Positions 20,446-31,399 of a DNA stretch of 64,000 nt are shown here, piece by piece. Location of the stretch: NCBI GenBank assembly GCA_963820825.1, contig CAWGBN010000008.1, positions 576,001 through 640,000 of the forward strand, written 5' to 3'. A model generated the notes under the pieces. The model was not told the origin of the DNA, ran no database searches, and saw only the letters and a program-made list of their open reading frames with translations. Both the position numbers and the translations under genes were made by a program. Each line of letters starts with the position of its first letter. Within the stretch, counting starts at the first letter, position 1. Source of the stretch: Vulcanimicrobiota bacterium. GTDB taxonomy: Bacteria > Vulcanimicrobiota > Vulcanimicrobiia > Vulcanimicrobiales > Vulcanimicrobiaceae.

Positions 20446-20968
20446 ATCGCCGGCCGCCGCACTCGGAGCCTGGGGGACGTTCTACACGATGCTCGGTTCG
20501 TCGGCGGCGGCCCTGACCGGGTTGATGTTCGTCGTCATCGGCGTGGTGATGTCCTCATCGCGGCTCAAGCGGACGCGCGACGGGATGTCGGTCTTCAGCA
20601 CCCCGACCGTCGTGCACTTCGGCGCGACGCTCTTTACCGCCGTCATCGCGCTGATGCCGTGGCACTCGCCGCTTGCGCCGTCGCTGCTCTTCGCGCTCGC
20701 CGGCCTCCTGGGAATCGCCTACATGCTGCGGCTCATCTATCGCACGCGCAAATTGGTCGATTACCGCGCCGACCTCGACGATTGGGCATGGTACAACATC
20801 CTGCCGTTCGTCGCGTACGGCACGCTCACGATCGGCGGCCTTTGGGCGCTCGTCGCGACGTCGCGCGCGCTCTTCGTCGTTGCCGGCGCCGCAGTACTGC
20901 TGATCTTCATCGGACTGCGCAACGCCTGGGACATCGTCACCTACATCGCCGCCCGCGAACTGGAGTAG
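20438..20968 (+). CDS. Hypothetical membrane protein
   Basis: About 5 TM segments; GSSAAALTGLMFV and NAWDIV; overlaps the upstream stop. Confidence 0.7.
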   Translation: MNESPAAALGAWGTFYTMLGSSAAALTGLMFVVIGVVMSSSRLKRTRDGMSVFSTPTVVHFGATLFTAVIALMPWHSPLAPSLLFALAGLLGIAYMLRLIYRTRKLVDYRADLDDWAWYNILPFVAYGTLTIGGLWALVATSRALFVVAGAAVLLIFIGLRNAWDIVTYIAARELE

Positions 20969-20972
20969 CGCG

Positions 20973-21386
20973 CTAATGGCCGCTCCCCGGAGTCCCTTCC
21001 TGCGCCGCAAAGACGTAGATCGTTCCACGGATAGTCGCACTTCCGCTCATCTTGTTGCCGCTCATCGTACCTCTGAAGGTAATCTGCCGGATGACGAGCG
21101 TGACGTTCGAATCGGTGACGCCTCCCGAGACCGGAATGTTGTAGCCGTTGGCAAACGGACTCCCCGGCCGGGTGGAGATGTCGGTGTAGGTGCCGCTGAT
21201 GATCCCTTTGTTGAAGTTCAGGTGCAGTTGGCCGACGTACGGCGTCTGCGACGAGTGCATCGGATGGAATCCGATTACGTAAGGGATGTTACGAACGTTG
21301 CCCTGGACCGCCACGGCTCCGGCGTGGGTGGGCAGAGCGAACGGTACGATTACCGCGGTCGCAATGAGTAAGAGCCGTCGAATCAT
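20973..21386 (-). CDS. Hypothetical secreted protein
   Basis: Signal peptide; beta-rich; RBS GGAGAGG upstream. Confidence 0.65.
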   Translation of the reverse strand: MIRRLLLIATAVIVPFALPTHAGAVAVQGNVRNIPYVIGFHPMHSSQTPYVGQLHLNFNKGIISGTYTDISTRPGSPFANGYNIPVSGGVTDSNVTLVIRQITFRGTMSGNKMSGSATIRGTIYVFAAQEGTPGSGH

Positions 21387-21400
21387 ATCGATCCTCTCCG

Positions 21401-22228
21401 TTAGGTTTTCCGCTTATCGGCGAGCGCCTTCGCGACTTTCAAGGGAATCGCACCGCCGGGAATGACGAGGTTGAGCGTCTCCGCGCCGATGTCGAAGAGC
21501 GTCTCGGGCTTGAGCAAGCTCGCCATTGCCGCCATCGCCGCCGAGGGTTGCGTCTGCAGCTCGCCGGTGATCGCGTCGACCGCCACCTCGGCCGATTTGC
21601 CTTTTGCCGTCCATTCGAACTTGAAGTTGAACGTTGGTCGAAGGTGCAGGTCGATGCACTCCACGTTCACCTGCTCTTCTCTGACGCGATCGGCGTCGGA
21701 GGGGCGAATGTCCTCGCCGAGCAGCGCGCGAATCACCGCCGAGGCGCGGACCGACGGCGTAACGATCTTCGCGCCTTCCGGCGCGAACGTTTCGAGATCG
21801 ACCGGAATCGCGTTTGCCTTGAGATAGGGCTGGGCGTTCGCCGGCGCACTGCTGAGGCCGTCGAGCCAGAGCTCTCGTTGCTCGTCGCGCTCGCAGTGCT
21901 CTACGACCGGCACCTCGATCGCGCTTGCCGTAACTTTATACTCGTCCGCACCGACCGTGACCGTCTTGGTATGCGCCGTTTTGACCGGAACCTTATACGA
22001 CTCGCTTCGATCGTAGACGAACCGGAGATGCGCCTTGGCGTGCCAGAGCGGAAGATACCACAGCCCTTGATCCGACACTACGATATCCTCGTCTTTGGGC
22101 CGCGAGAAGAGCCGCGAGAGGGTTCCGAAAACGGAGACCTTATGCGCGCTCGCGCGACCGCGCGCTTCTTCGGGCGTGATCAGCGGCTCGAAATAGAAGG
22201 CGCCCTGTTCGGCGATCAGGATTTCCAT
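21401..22228 (-). CDS. Hypothetical protein
   Basis: 275-aa ORF with normal protein composition that fills the gap; co-oriented with the downstream gene. Confidence 0.7.
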   Translation of the reverse strand: MEILIAEQGAFYFEPLITPEEARGRASAHKVSVFGTLSRLFSRPKDEDIVVSDQGLWYLPLWHAKAHLRFVYDRSESYKVPVKTAHTKTVTVGADEYKVTASAIEVPVVEHCERDEQRELWLDGLSSAPANAQPYLKANAIPVDLETFAPEGAKIVTPSVRASAVIRALLGEDIRPSDADRVREEQVNVECIDLHLRPTFNFKFEWTAKGKSAEVAVDAITGELQTQPSAAMAAMASLLKPETLFDIGAETLNLVIPGGAIPLKVAKALADKRKT

Positions 22229-22353
22229 GCGGTCTCGTTCCTAAAGCGCATGAAGCCTCTATTATGCCAAGCGCCCTCGAAAGCCACCTGCAGGGCGCCG
22301 CTTTTACATCTCTTTGATGGCCTAAAGCCGCTCCAATTCATTAAGATTGCGGC

Positions 22354-23673
22354 ATGACTGGGTTCGTACGCAGCATTACCGGGATTTGCGCGTTCGCGGC
22401 GCTCTCGCTACCGGCCCTCGCCGATTCGTCGGACGTCACGATGTTTCGCGCCGATGCCGCGCATCGCGGCCTCTACGGCTCGACCGCGCCGGCGCTGCAC
22501 GGCGTGAAGTGGCGATTCCAGACCAGGGGAAGCATCGTCTCTTCGCCGGCCGTTGCGAACGGCACCGTCTACGTTGGAAGCGCCGATCACCATCTCTACG
22601 CGGTTCGCGCGCAAGACGGAACCCAGCTCTGGGCCTTTGCGACCAAAGGCGCGGTGAACTCGTCGCCGGCCGTCGCGAACGGGCTCGTCTTCTTCTCGAG
22701 CCTCGACGGAAACGTCTACGCGGTCGACGCGGCGAGCGGCGCCCAGGCGTGGCGCTTCGCTACCGGCGGCGAGCGCCGGTTCAGCGCACCCGGAATTCAC
22801 GGCATCCAGCCCCGCAGCGAGATCATGCCCGACCCCTTCGACGTCTTCCTATCCTCTCCGGCCGTTGCGAACGGTATGGTCTACGTGGGCAGCGGCGATC
22901 ACAACGTCTACGCGCTCGACGAGCGCACCGGCGCGCTTCGCTGGAAGTTCGAAACGGGGAACGTCGTCCACGCCTCGCCGGCCGTGGCCGGGGGCACGGT
23001 CTTCATCGGAAGCTGGGATCGCTACTTCTACGCGCTCGACGCGCAGACGGGAACGCTTCGCTGGAAGTTTGCCACCGGCGAGGATCGCGACGTCTACAAC
23101 CAGGTTGGGATCGCCGGTTCGGCCGCGGTGGTGGACGGTACCGTTTACTTCGGCTGCCGCGACAGTCACTTCTATGCGCTCGACGCGCGCAGCGGTGCGC
23201 TGCGCTGGAGACGCGACCATCATGGGAGCTGGGTCATCGCCTCTCCGGCCGTCGACGGGCGAACGGTGCTCTATACCACCTCCGACGAGCGTCGTTTCTA
23301 CGCGATCGACGCGGCGAACGGCGCCGTGCGTTTCACGATGCCGTACGGCAGCTTCGCCTTCTCCTCGCCGGCGGTCGCCGGCGACGTCGCATACTTCGGC
23401 ACCTTCGACGGCCGCCTCTACGGCGTCGACGTCCGCTCGGGCAGCGTCGTCGCGCGTTTCTCGACCGACGCCTCGGCACGATCGCTCGCCTCGCATCTCG
23501 ATGCGTCGGGCAACCTCGATCTCTCCGGGTTCTACGGCGACTCGACGCTCGACGCCACGATCGTTGGGTTGCACGCGATCTACGCGCTCGGCTCGATCGT
23601 CGGCTCGCCGGCAATCGCCGGCGGCACGCTCTTCATCGGTAGCACCGAGGGCACGTTGTACGCCATCGAGTAA
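22354..23673 (+). CDS. PQQ-binding-like (BamB-type) beta-propeller repeat protein, secreted
   Basis: Signal peptide; MFRADAAH; repeated SSPAV.nG.VyvGS.D..lYAlD...G..W units. Confidence 0.9.
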   Translation: MTGFVRSITGICAFAALSLPALADSSDVTMFRADAAHRGLYGSTAPALHGVKWRFQTRGSIVSSPAVANGTVYVGSADHHLYAVRAQDGTQLWAFATKGAVNSSPAVANGLVFFSSLDGNVYAVDAASGAQAWRFATGGERRFSAPGIHGIQPRSEIMPDPFDVFLSSPAVANGMVYVGSGDHNVYALDERTGALRWKFETGNVVHASPAVAGGTVFIGSWDRYFYALDAQTGTLRWKFATGEDRDVYNQVGIAGSAAVVDGTVYFGCRDSHFYALDARSGALRWRRDHHGSWVIASPAVDGRTVLYTTSDERRFYAIDAANGAVRFTMPYGSFAFSSPAVAGDVAYFGTFDGRLYGVDVRSGSVVARFSTDASARSLASHLDASGNLDLSGFYGDSTLDATIVGLHAIYALGSIVGSPAIAGGTLFIGSTEGTLYAIE

Positions 23674-23705
23674 CGTAGCTTTGGCCAACCGATGGAAGGA
23701 TCGAT

Positions 23706-24377
23706 ATGTTAGCGCAGAGTGCCGTCCTTGCCGCATTGCTCGCCGCCGCCCAGCCCGCGCAGACCGCGACCGGAATTCCGCTCGACGCGCCGTGGAAGGT
23801 GACGATCTACGAGCTCGCCCGTTCGACGTTCCACCATCCCGCCTGGGGCTGGCAACACTCGGAGCGCAACTATCGCATCGCGCTCGAGCTCGCGCAAGGC
23901 GACGCAATGCGCGTCGACACCGACGTGCTTTTTGCCGCTGCCTTCCTCCACGACATGGCGGCCTTCATGCCGTGCAAAGAGGCAAAGCTCGAACACGGTG
24001 AGTGCGCCGCCGAGCAGAGCGGTGCGATCCTGCGCGCCGCCGGATTTCCGATGGAGAAGTTTCCTGCGGTGCAGGCCGCCGAGCGCGGCCACATGTACTA
24101 CAGCAACCCCGGAACGCAGCCCGAAGCGATCGTCTTGCACGATGCCGATTCGCTCGATTTCTTGGGTGACGTCGGTGCCGCGCGAATGATCTCGCTCACC
24201 GGCGAAGGCGCCGAAAGCTTCGCCCGTGCCGTCAAAACGTTACGGTCGTTCGTGAGCGAGATTCCGCCGCATCTCATCACCAAGACCGCGCAGGCAATGG
24301 GTGCGCAGCGGGCTGCGGAGCTGCAACGCTTCCTCGACGCGCTCGATGCCGAGACGTTTGGCGGCCAGGCGATGTAA
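23706..24377 (+). CDS. HD domain protein with signal peptide
   Basis: HSERNY, AAFLHD, EHG, LHDADSLDFLG. Confidence 0.8.
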   Translation: MLAQSAVLAALLAAAQPAQTATGIPLDAPWKVTIYELARSTFHHPAWGWQHSERNYRIALELAQGDAMRVDTDVLFAAAFLHDMAAFMPCKEAKLEHGECAAEQSGAILRAAGFPMEKFPAVQAAERGHMYYSNPGTQPEAIVLHDADSLDFLGDVGAARMISLTGEGAESFARAVKTLRSFVSEIPPHLITKTAQAMGAQRAAELQRFLDALDAETFGGQAM

Positions 24378-25456
24378 TGGAGCTGCTCTGTCTCGACGGC
24401 GGCTCGTCGTCGCTCAAATACGCCGCCTACCACGCTGCCGGCGACCGGCTCGAGCGCACGGCGGACGGAACCGAACCGGCAACCGGCGATGCGGGCGCCG
24501 CGCTCGATGCCGTGCTTGCGAAGCTCCCGGCCGGCGACGGTGCCGCAATCGCCGCCGCCGGTCACCGGATCGTCTTCGGCGGCCTTCGCTACGCGGCTCC
24601 GGTGCGTGCCGATGGTGCCGTCCTGAAAGATCTCGAGACGCTGGTGCCGATCGAACCGCTGCACCTGCGCAGCGAGCTCGACCTCGTCTACGCGGCGATG
24701 CAGCGCCTCCCCGATACCGCGCACGTGCTCTGCTTCGACACCGCGTTCCATCGGCAATCGCCGCCGATTGCCAAGCGGCTTCCCTTACCCGAAGCGATCG
24801 ATCCGCTGATCCAGCGCTACGGTTTTCACGGACTCTCATACGAGTACATCGCGTCGCAGCTCGACGCGGATGCGAAGTTGGCCGTCGTCGCGCATCTCGG
24901 CTCCGGCGCGAGTCTCTGCGCGCTCAAAGAGCGGCGGCCGGTCGACACGACGATGGGCTTCAGCGCGCTCGGCGGCCTCATGATGGGCACGCGTCCGGGC
25001 GATCTCGACCCGGGCATCATTCTTCGACTGCTCGAAGCCGACGAATACGATGCGGCGCGTCTCTCCGATTTGCTCTATCGCAAATCGGGACTGCTCGGCG
25101 TCTCCGGAACGACCGGCGACATGCAAACGCTCACCTCCGCGGCTGCATCGGACCGGCGCGCCGCTGCGGCGGTCGAGCTCTTCATCTACCAGCTGATCAA
25201 ACAGCTCGGAGCGATGATCGCCGTGCTCGGCGGCATCACCACGCTGGTCTTTACCGGCGGTATCGGCGAGCACGAGCCGAGCATTCGTGCCGGCGTCTGC
25301 GCGAGCCTCGGCTATCTCGGGGTGCGACTCGACGATGACGCGAACGCACGCAACGAACGCACGATCTCAACGCACGATAGTCGCGTCGCCGTCCTCGTCA
25401 TCCCGACCGACGAGAACCTCATGATCGCACGCCATACGCTGCGTCTGCTCGGCTAG
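24377..25456 (+). CDS. ackA: Acetate/propionate kinase
   Basis: [66 protein letters not shown]. Confidence 0.93.
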   Translation: MELLCLDGGSSSLKYAAYHAAGDRLERTADGTEPATGDAGAALDAVLAKLPAGDGAAIAAAGHRIVFGGLRYAAPVRADGAVLKDLETLVPIEPLHLRSELDLVYAAMQRLPDTAHVLCFDTAFHRQSPPIAKRLPLPEAIDPLIQRYGFHGLSYEYIASQLDADAKLAVVAHLGSGASLCALKERRPVDTTMGFSALGGLMMGTRPGDLDPGIILRLLEADEYDAARLSDLLYRKSGLLGVSGTTGDMQTLTSAAASDRRAAAAVELFIYQLIKQLGAMIAVLGGITTLVFTGGIGEHEPSIRAGVCASLGYLGVRLDDDANARNERTISTHDSRVAVLVIPTDENLMIARHTLRLLG

Positions 25457-27981
25457 GCGTCGGTAAAGGCTTGACTCGAGCCGCCTCCGCCGGCCGGCGG
25501 GGCGGGCTCGGTGGGGTCGCTGAAGTCGGCCGTCCAGTGCCACCTCCGAATCTCGGGCATGTCCTCCAAATGCTCGCGAATGTAATCGTGATGTTCCTCG
25601 AGCTTGCGGTTGAACGCGTCGATAACGTCGGAGACGGAGGAGCGCAGTCGCGCGATATACTTTAGGGCGTCGATGGCTAGGTGATACCGGCTCATCTTGT
25701 TGAGCACGACCATGTCGAAGGGTGTCGTCGTCGTGCCGCGATCGAGAAAGCCGCGCACGTGAAAACGTTCCTCGTTCGCGCGTCCGTGCACCATCGGATG
25801 GATCACCCAGGGATATCCGTGGAAGGCGAAGACCACGGGAGCCGCTTTGGTGAAGAGCGCTTCAAAGGAAATGTCGTCCATCCCGTGGGGATGCACGTCG
25901 GGCGCCATCAGCACCCCGAGATCGACGACGTTAACCAGCCGGATCTTGATGCCGGGCACGTGCTTTCGGAGCAGCCACGCGGCCGCGCACGTCTCGAGCG
26001 TCGGAACGTCGCCGGCGCAGGCTAAGACGACGTCGGGCTCCTCCTCACCATCGTTCGTCGCAAAGTTCCAAATCGAGGCACCGCGCGAGCAGTGATCGCG
26101 CGCGGCCTCCATATCCATCCATTGCAGATCGACCTGTTTGCCGCAGGTGACGACGTTGACGTAGCCGCGGCTGCGCAGGCAGTGATCCATCACGCTCAAC
26201 AGAGAGTTGCCGTCGGGCGGATAGTAGATACGGATCACCTCGCTCCGGCGTGCCAGCGCATTATCGACGAAACCCGGCGCCTGATGGCTGAATCCGTTGT
26301 GATCGTTGCGCCAGCAATGGCTCGTCAGAAAGACGTTGAGCGACGCGATCGGCTCGCGCCAAGGATACAGCCGCGATTCCTCGAGCCACTTCGCGTGCTG
26401 AGTGAGCATCGAATCGACGACCTGCGCGAAGGCCTCGTACGACGCCCAGACGCCGTGACGGCCGGTGAGCACGTATCCTTCGAGCCAGCCCTCGCAGCAG
26501 TGCTCGCTCAGCACCTCCATCACTCGGCCGTCGGGTCCGATGTGGTCGTCGATCGAGATGGTCGTCTCCATGCTGCACCGCGTCGTCGCGTCGAAGACGG
26601 CGTTCAAGCGATTCGAGTTCGTCTCGTCGGGACAGAGCAGCCGAAAGTTCTTCGGATTGCGCGCGATGATATCGCGCAGAAACTCGCCGAACGTGCGCGG
26701 CGCTTCGGCAACGACCGTTCCGGGCGCTGGAACGTCGAGCGAGTAGTCCCCGAAATCGGGAAGGTCGAGCGCGTCGAGCACGCGACCGCCGTTTACGCTC
26801 GGATTGGCGCCCATTCGCCGCTCGCCGCGCGGCGCTAATGCCTGCAGTTCGGCGATGAAGCGCCCGCCGGCATCGAAGAGTTCCTCCGGCTTGTAGCCGC
26901 GCATCCACGCTTCGAGCATGCGCAGGTGCTCCGGATTGCTGCGAACGTTCGCGAGCGGTACCTGATGCGCGCGGAAGGTTCCCTCAACCGGGAGACCGTC
27001 GACCTCTTTGGGACCCGTCCATCCCTTAGGCGTTCGCAAGACGATCATCGGCCAGATCGGCCGGCTTCGGACGCCGTTCGTGCGCGCGTCGTTTTGAATC
27101 GCGCGTATCTCGTCGTAGCAGTGGTCGAGCGTCCGCGCGAAGAGTTGATGGACCGTCGCCCGGTCGTCGCCCTCGACGAAATAGGGCGCGTAGCCGTGGC
27201 CGCGGTAGAGCGCGGAGAGCGCTTCGTCGCGCTCGCGCGCTTGCACCGTCGGCCCGGAGATCTTGTAACCGTTGAGATGGAGAATCGGCAAGACGGCGCC
27301 GTCTCTTGCCGGGTTCAAAAAGTCGACGCTCTTCCAACTTCCTTCGAGCGGCGCGGTCTCGGCCTCGCCGTCGCCGACGACGCAGGCGACGATCAGCTCG
27401 GGATTGTCGAAGGCCGCGCCAAAGGCGTGCAGGAGCGAATAGCCGAGCTCGCCGCCCTCGTGGATCGAGTTGGGTACGTGCGGGCCGCAGTGGCTCGAAA
27501 CGCCGCCCGGCGTCGAGAACTGGCGAAAGAAGAGGCGCATTCCTTCGATGTCTTGGGTGACCTCGTGATGCACTTCGGAGTAGGTGCCCTCGAGGTAGGA
27601 ATGCGCGTTGAGCGACGGGCCGCCGTGTCCCGGACCCGAGATGTAGATCACACTCGCATCGCGTTCGTTGATCAAGCGATTCAAGTGTACGTAAATGAAG
27701 TTTTGGCCGGCCGACGTTCCCCAATGGCCGAGCAATCGCGGCTTGATGCAATCCGCGGTGAGCGGATCGCGCAGCAGCGGGTTCTTGTAGAGATAGATTT
27801 GACCGACGCAGAGATAATTGGCGGCCATCCAATATCGATCCATGCGATCGAGCAACTCGGCGGAAAGCGGCCCTTCCGGCGTTTGAACCAAGACCGGCTC
27901 GCTGCCGTCGGCGACGGCGCTCGAGATCGCAGCGTCGAACGTAAACGCGCTGCGCGGTTTGGAGTTCACCCCAGTGGTCAT
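25453..27981 (-). CDS. xfp: Xylulose-5-P/fructose-6-P phosphoketolase
   Basis: [62 protein letters not shown]; start at 27981 inferred. Confidence 0.95.
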   Translation of the reverse strand: MTTGVNSKPRSAFTFDAAISSAVADGSEPVLVQTPEGPLSAELLDRMDRYWMAANYLCVGQIYLYKNPLLRDPLTADCIKPRLLGHWGTSAGQNFIYVHLNRLINERDASVIYISGPGHGGPSLNAHSYLEGTYSEVHHEVTQDIEGMRLFFRQFSTPGGVSSHCGPHVPNSIHEGGELGYSLLHAFGAAFDNPELIVACVVGDGEAETAPLEGSWKSVDFLNPARDGAVLPILHLNGYKISGPTVQARERDEALSALYRGHGYAPYFVEGDDRATVHQLFARTLDHCYDEIRAIQNDARTNGVRSRPIWPMIVLRTPKGWTGPKEVDGLPVEGTFRAHQVPLANVRSNPEHLRMLEAWMRGYKPEELFDAGGRFIAELQALAPRGERRMGANPSVNGGRVLDALDLPDFGDYSLDVPAPGTVVAEAPRTFGEFLRDIIARNPKNFRLLCPDETNSNRLNAVFDATTRCSMETTISIDDHIGPDGRVMEVLSEHCCEGWLEGYVLTGRHGVWASYEAFAQVVDSMLTQHAKWLEESRLYPWREPIASLNVFLTSHCWRNDHNGFSHQAPGFVDNALARRSEVIRIYYPPDGNSLLSVMDHCLRSRGYVNVVTCGKQVDLQWMDMEAARDHCSRGASIWNFATNDGEEEPDVVLACAGDVPTLETCAAAWLLRKHVPGIKIRLVNVVDLGVLMAPDVHPHGMDDISFEALFTKAAPVVFAFHGYPWVIHPMVHGRANEERFHVRGFLDRGTTTTPFDMVVLNKMSRYHLAIDALKYIARLRSSVSDVIDAFNRKLEEHHDYIREHLEDMPEIRRWHWTADFSDPTEPAPPAGGGGSSQAFTDA

Positions 27982-28049
27982 CGATCGCACCTCATACGGA
28001 ACGCACCGAACCGAGGAGTTCCTCGGTCGCTCTGACAATCTTATCATTC

Positions 28050-29828
28050 ATGTGCAGAGGTTGTATCGGCGACATTTTCGGAATTGAGAAGATATTCTCC
28101 GCGGAGCCTTCGCGCGGATGGTTCATCGCGGCCTCCGTCGCCGCCGCGGGCTTTGCGGCTGCGAGCGCTCGCCCGTCGTATGCGGCGACCGGCGATAGTG
28201 CCGGCGGAGCCGCGACGCTCTTCTCCGGCGGAACGATCCTGTCGATGGACGATACGTATTCGTCGGCGAAAGCGGTGGCGATTGCAAACGGCACGATCCT
28301 CGCGATCGGCGAGCTCGACGACGTCGTCCGCGCCGCCGGTCCCGGTGCGCAACGCGTGAACCTCGATGGCCGAACGCTGATGCCCGGGCTCATCGATCCG
28401 CATCAGCATCCGATACCCGGCGGCATCATGCTCACCCAGATGATGAACGTCGGATCCGATACCTATAAGACGAAAGCCGACGTTCTCGCGGCACTCAAGG
28501 CAAAGGCTGCGGCGATGCCCGCCGGTCAGTGGATCTATGCCGATCTCTACGACAATCTGCTGCAGGGCGGCGACCTCACCATCGAAGAGCTCGACTCCGT
28601 CTCGACGGCGCATCCGATCTTCGTCTACTACGTGAGCATGCACTCCGCGACGGGAAACTCGCTCGCCTTCAAAATCGCCGGGGTCACCGCCTCGACCGGC
28701 GACCTCCCGGGAGGCGGCCACTTCGGGAAAGATTCAAGCGGCAACCTCAACGGCATGATCTTCGAGCCCCCGGCACTACAAAAATTTATCGGCGGCTTAC
28801 CGAAGCTCTCGCTCGAGCTGGTCGGTGACGCGGTCAAGAAGTTTCTCTATCAGAGTGCTGCGCTCGGAATCACGATGGTCCACGAAGCCGGTGCCTACGC
28901 GCCGACGCCGGGCGCGCTCGAGGGCTATAAAGCCGTCATGACGAGCTCGCCGGTGCGTTACAGCGCGAGCCCCGCGGTAGAGTTCATCGACGCGGCGATG
29001 GAGTTCATCAAGCCCTACGGCCAACCGGGCGCGAAGGCGCTGGAGATTCCGGGAACGCTGCTCTCGTTCTACGCGATCAAGATCGTCTCGGACGGCTCGC
29101 CGCAGCAGGAGACGGCCTTTCAGCTTCAGCCATATCTGAACAGCACGAGTACGGGAATGCCGAACTACTCGGCCGACGAGCTCAACGCGCTGGTGCTCAA
29201 GGTCAAAGAGGCCGGCTGGCCGGTCTCGATTCATTGCAACGGCGATGCGTCGCTCGAACGCGCGCTCGATGCGATCGCGGCGGCCTATGGCTCGACGCCT
29301 CCGCCGACCGGCATCAACCGCATCGAGCACTGCACGCTGGCGAATCCCGATCAAATCGCACGCATGAAAGCAATGGGCGTTCAGCCGAGCCACCTGATGA
29401 ACAATCTCTACTACTACGGCGCCGCCTATCGCGACCAGATTTTCGGCCCCGAGCGCGCCAACCGGTTCAATCCTGCCGGCAGTTACTTAGCGGCGGGAAT
29501 ACCGTTTTCGATCCATAGCGACTGCCCGTGCTCTCCGATCGCGCCGCTGCGCGAGATCGGAACGGCGGTCACGCGCATCTGTTCGACCGATGGATCGGTG
29601 ATCGGCGAGAACGAGCGCGTGCCGCTGGAGGCCGCGCTGCGCGGCATGACGACGGTCGCCGCGACGCAGTGCGGTCTCGGCGAGAAGACCGGCTCGTTGA
29701 CACCCGGAAAATATGCGGATCTCGCGATCTTGGAGAGCAATCCGCTCGCAACCGACGCGAGCAAACTCGGCGATATACGCGTCTCCGAGACGTGGGTCGG
29801 CGGTCAAAAAGTCGTGATCCCGGCATAG
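28050..29828 (+). CDS. Amidohydrolase 3 family (YtcJ-like), probably exported
   Basis: MPGLIDPHQH, KIVSDGS, IHCNGD, RIEHC, HSD, GSLTPGKYADL. Confidence 0.88.
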   Translation: MCRGCIGDIFGIEKIFSAEPSRGWFIAASVAAAGFAAASARPSYAATGDSAGGAATLFSGGTILSMDDTYSSAKAVAIANGTILAIGELDDVVRAAGPGAQRVNLDGRTLMPGLIDPHQHPIPGGIMLTQMMNVGSDTYKTKADVLAALKAKAAAMPAGQWIYADLYDNLLQGGDLTIEELDSVSTAHPIFVYYVSMHSATGNSLAFKIAGVTASTGDLPGGGHFGKDSSGNLNGMIFEPPALQKFIGGLPKLSLELVGDAVKKFLYQSAALGITMVHEAGAYAPTPGALEGYKAVMTSSPVRYSASPAVEFIDAAMEFIKPYGQPGAKALEIPGTLLSFYAIKIVSDGSPQQETAFQLQPYLNSTSTGMPNYSADELNALVLKVKEAGWPVSIHCNGDASLERALDAIAAAYGSTPPPTGINRIEHCTLANPDQIARMKAMGVQPSHLMNNLYYYGAAYRDQIFGPERANRFNPAGSYLAAGIPFSIHSDCPCSPIAPLREIGTAVTRICSTDGSVIGENERVPLEAALRGMTTVAATQCGLGEKTGSLTPGKYADLAILESNPLATDASKLGDIRVSETWVGGQKVVIPA

Positions 29829-29833
29829 CGGCC

Positions 29834-31399
29834 GTGCAGAAACGATTCTTGCTCGCCGTCCTCTTCCCGCTGCTGATCGCGGCGACGGCCGGGGACGTGC
29901 CGACCGACGTCGCGCGAACGATCGCCGACATCACGTCGAAGCCGCTCTACACCCACAGCCCGTTTGGAATCTTCCTCGCCGACGAGACGACCGGGGAAAC
30001 GCTCGTCGATCGGTCGGGCGAGAAGATGTTCGTCACCGGCTCGATCATGAAAGTCTACAGCACCGCGGCGGCATTGAAAGCCTATAACCCCGGATATCGC
30101 TTCCGGACGCCCGTCTATCGCACCGGCGCGCGCAGCGGCGGTACGCTCAACGGCAACCTCATCCTCGTTGCCTCCGGCGACTTCAGCTTCGGTCTGCGCG
30201 ACCGGCCCGACGGCACGCTCGCATTCAACAGCCTTCCGCAGATCGATCACAACTATGCCTTCACCGGTTTTCCAGGCGCCGCGCTCGTACCGAATAGCGA
30301 TCCGCTACGCGTTCTCGACGAACTCGCGCGCAAGGTGCGCGCCGCTGGAATCACTCGCATACGGGGAGCGGTCGCAATCGACGACCGGCTCTTTGCCTCT
30401 TATAACGGGTGGCCCGACGGTCTGATCTCGCCGATATGGATCAACGAAAACCTCATCGACATCACCGTAACGCCGGCGAAGTCGGGCCGACGCGCGACGG
30501 TGCAGTGGCGCCCGAAGGTTGCGATCGATACGGTCGAGTCGCGCGTTACGACGGTCGCGAGCGGAACCAAGACGCAGCCGCTCGAGGTCAAGCGCGTCCG
30601 CGCGGGTTTGATCCAAGTGAGCGGCACGATCGCCGCCGATGCCAAGCCGACGCTGGTGACCTCGCAGATCGAGCATCCCGCCGATTTTGCCCGCGTCGCG
30701 TTCGTTGAAGCGCTGCGCCGCGCGGGCGTCTCGGTCGACGCGAGCGCATCGGGTTCAAATCGGGCAAGCGTGCTGCCGAGCCGCAATTCGTACGCGCCGG
30801 CGATGATGGTCGCCGAACACGTCTCGCCGCCGCTCTCGCAGTACGTCAAAGTTATCCTGAAGATCAGCTACAATCGCGGAGCCGACTTGATGGTCTGTCT
30901 CGTCGCCGTGCAAGCCGGGAGCCGCACCTGCACCGACGGTCTCGCTCCGGAGGTCGAGACCATCACCGCTCTCGGCGTATCGCCGCAGAGCACGATCGTC
31001 TACGACGGCGCCGGCTCCGAAGATAACGGGCGCACCTCACCCGCCGATGAGGCGACGTTCCTGCGCAGATTGCTCGGCGTGCCGTGGGGCCACTACGTCC
31101 ACGACGGCATGGAGATTCTTGGCGTCGACGGACTCCAAGCGACCAACGGCGTCGGCACCCCGGCCGCCGGAAAGGTTCGCATCAAAGATGGAACGCGGCT
31201 CGTCGGATCGCCCAGCGGTCAGGTCTATCTTCCCGCAAAGACGCAGGTCGGGTACATCGATGCGAAGAGCGGACGCAAGCTCGTCTACGCCGTCTTCCTC
31301 AACGACATCCCGACCACCGAAACGGCGTCGTTCGAGACCTTTCAAACCGCCGATCGCGACGAGTCCACGATCGTCGAAGCAATCCAAGCCAGCTACTAA
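29834..31399 (+). CDS. dacB: D-Ala-D-Ala carboxypeptidase/endopeptidase (peptidase S13, PBP4-like)
   Basis: Signal peptide; SxxK (GSIMK), GNLILVASGD, SxN (SYN), DGAG; KDGT in place of KTG. Confidence 0.8.
   Translation: MQKRFLLAVLFPLLIAATAGDVPTDVARTIADITSKPLYTHSPFGIFLADETTGETLVDRSGEKMFVTGSIMKVYSTAAALKAYNPGYRFRTPVYRTGARSGGTLNGNLILVASGDFSFGLRDRPDGTLAFNSLPQIDHNYAFTGFPGAALVPNSDPLRVLDELARKVRAAGITRIRGAVAIDDRLFASYNGWPDGLISPIWINENLIDITVTPAKSGRRATVQWRPKVAIDTVESRVTTVASGTKTQPLEVKRVRAGLIQVSGTIAADAKPTLVTSQIEHPADFARVAFVEALRRAGVSVDASASGSNRASVLPSRNSYAPAMMVAEHVSPPLSQYVKVILKISYNRGADLMVCLVAVQAGSRTCTDGLAPEVETITALGVSPQSTIVYDGAGSEDNGRTSPADEATFLRRLLGVPWGHYVHDGMEILGVDGLQATNGVGTPAAGKVRIKDGTRLVGSPSGQVYLPAKTQVGYIDAKSGRKLVYAVFLNDIPTTETASFETFQTADRDESTIVEAIQASY

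Noticed and set aside
22540..23640. Recurring TCGCCGGCCGT-like DNA repeats as a CRISPR array
   Set aside because: They encode the SSPAV blades of a beta-propeller, are degenerate and in frame, and there are no cas genes.
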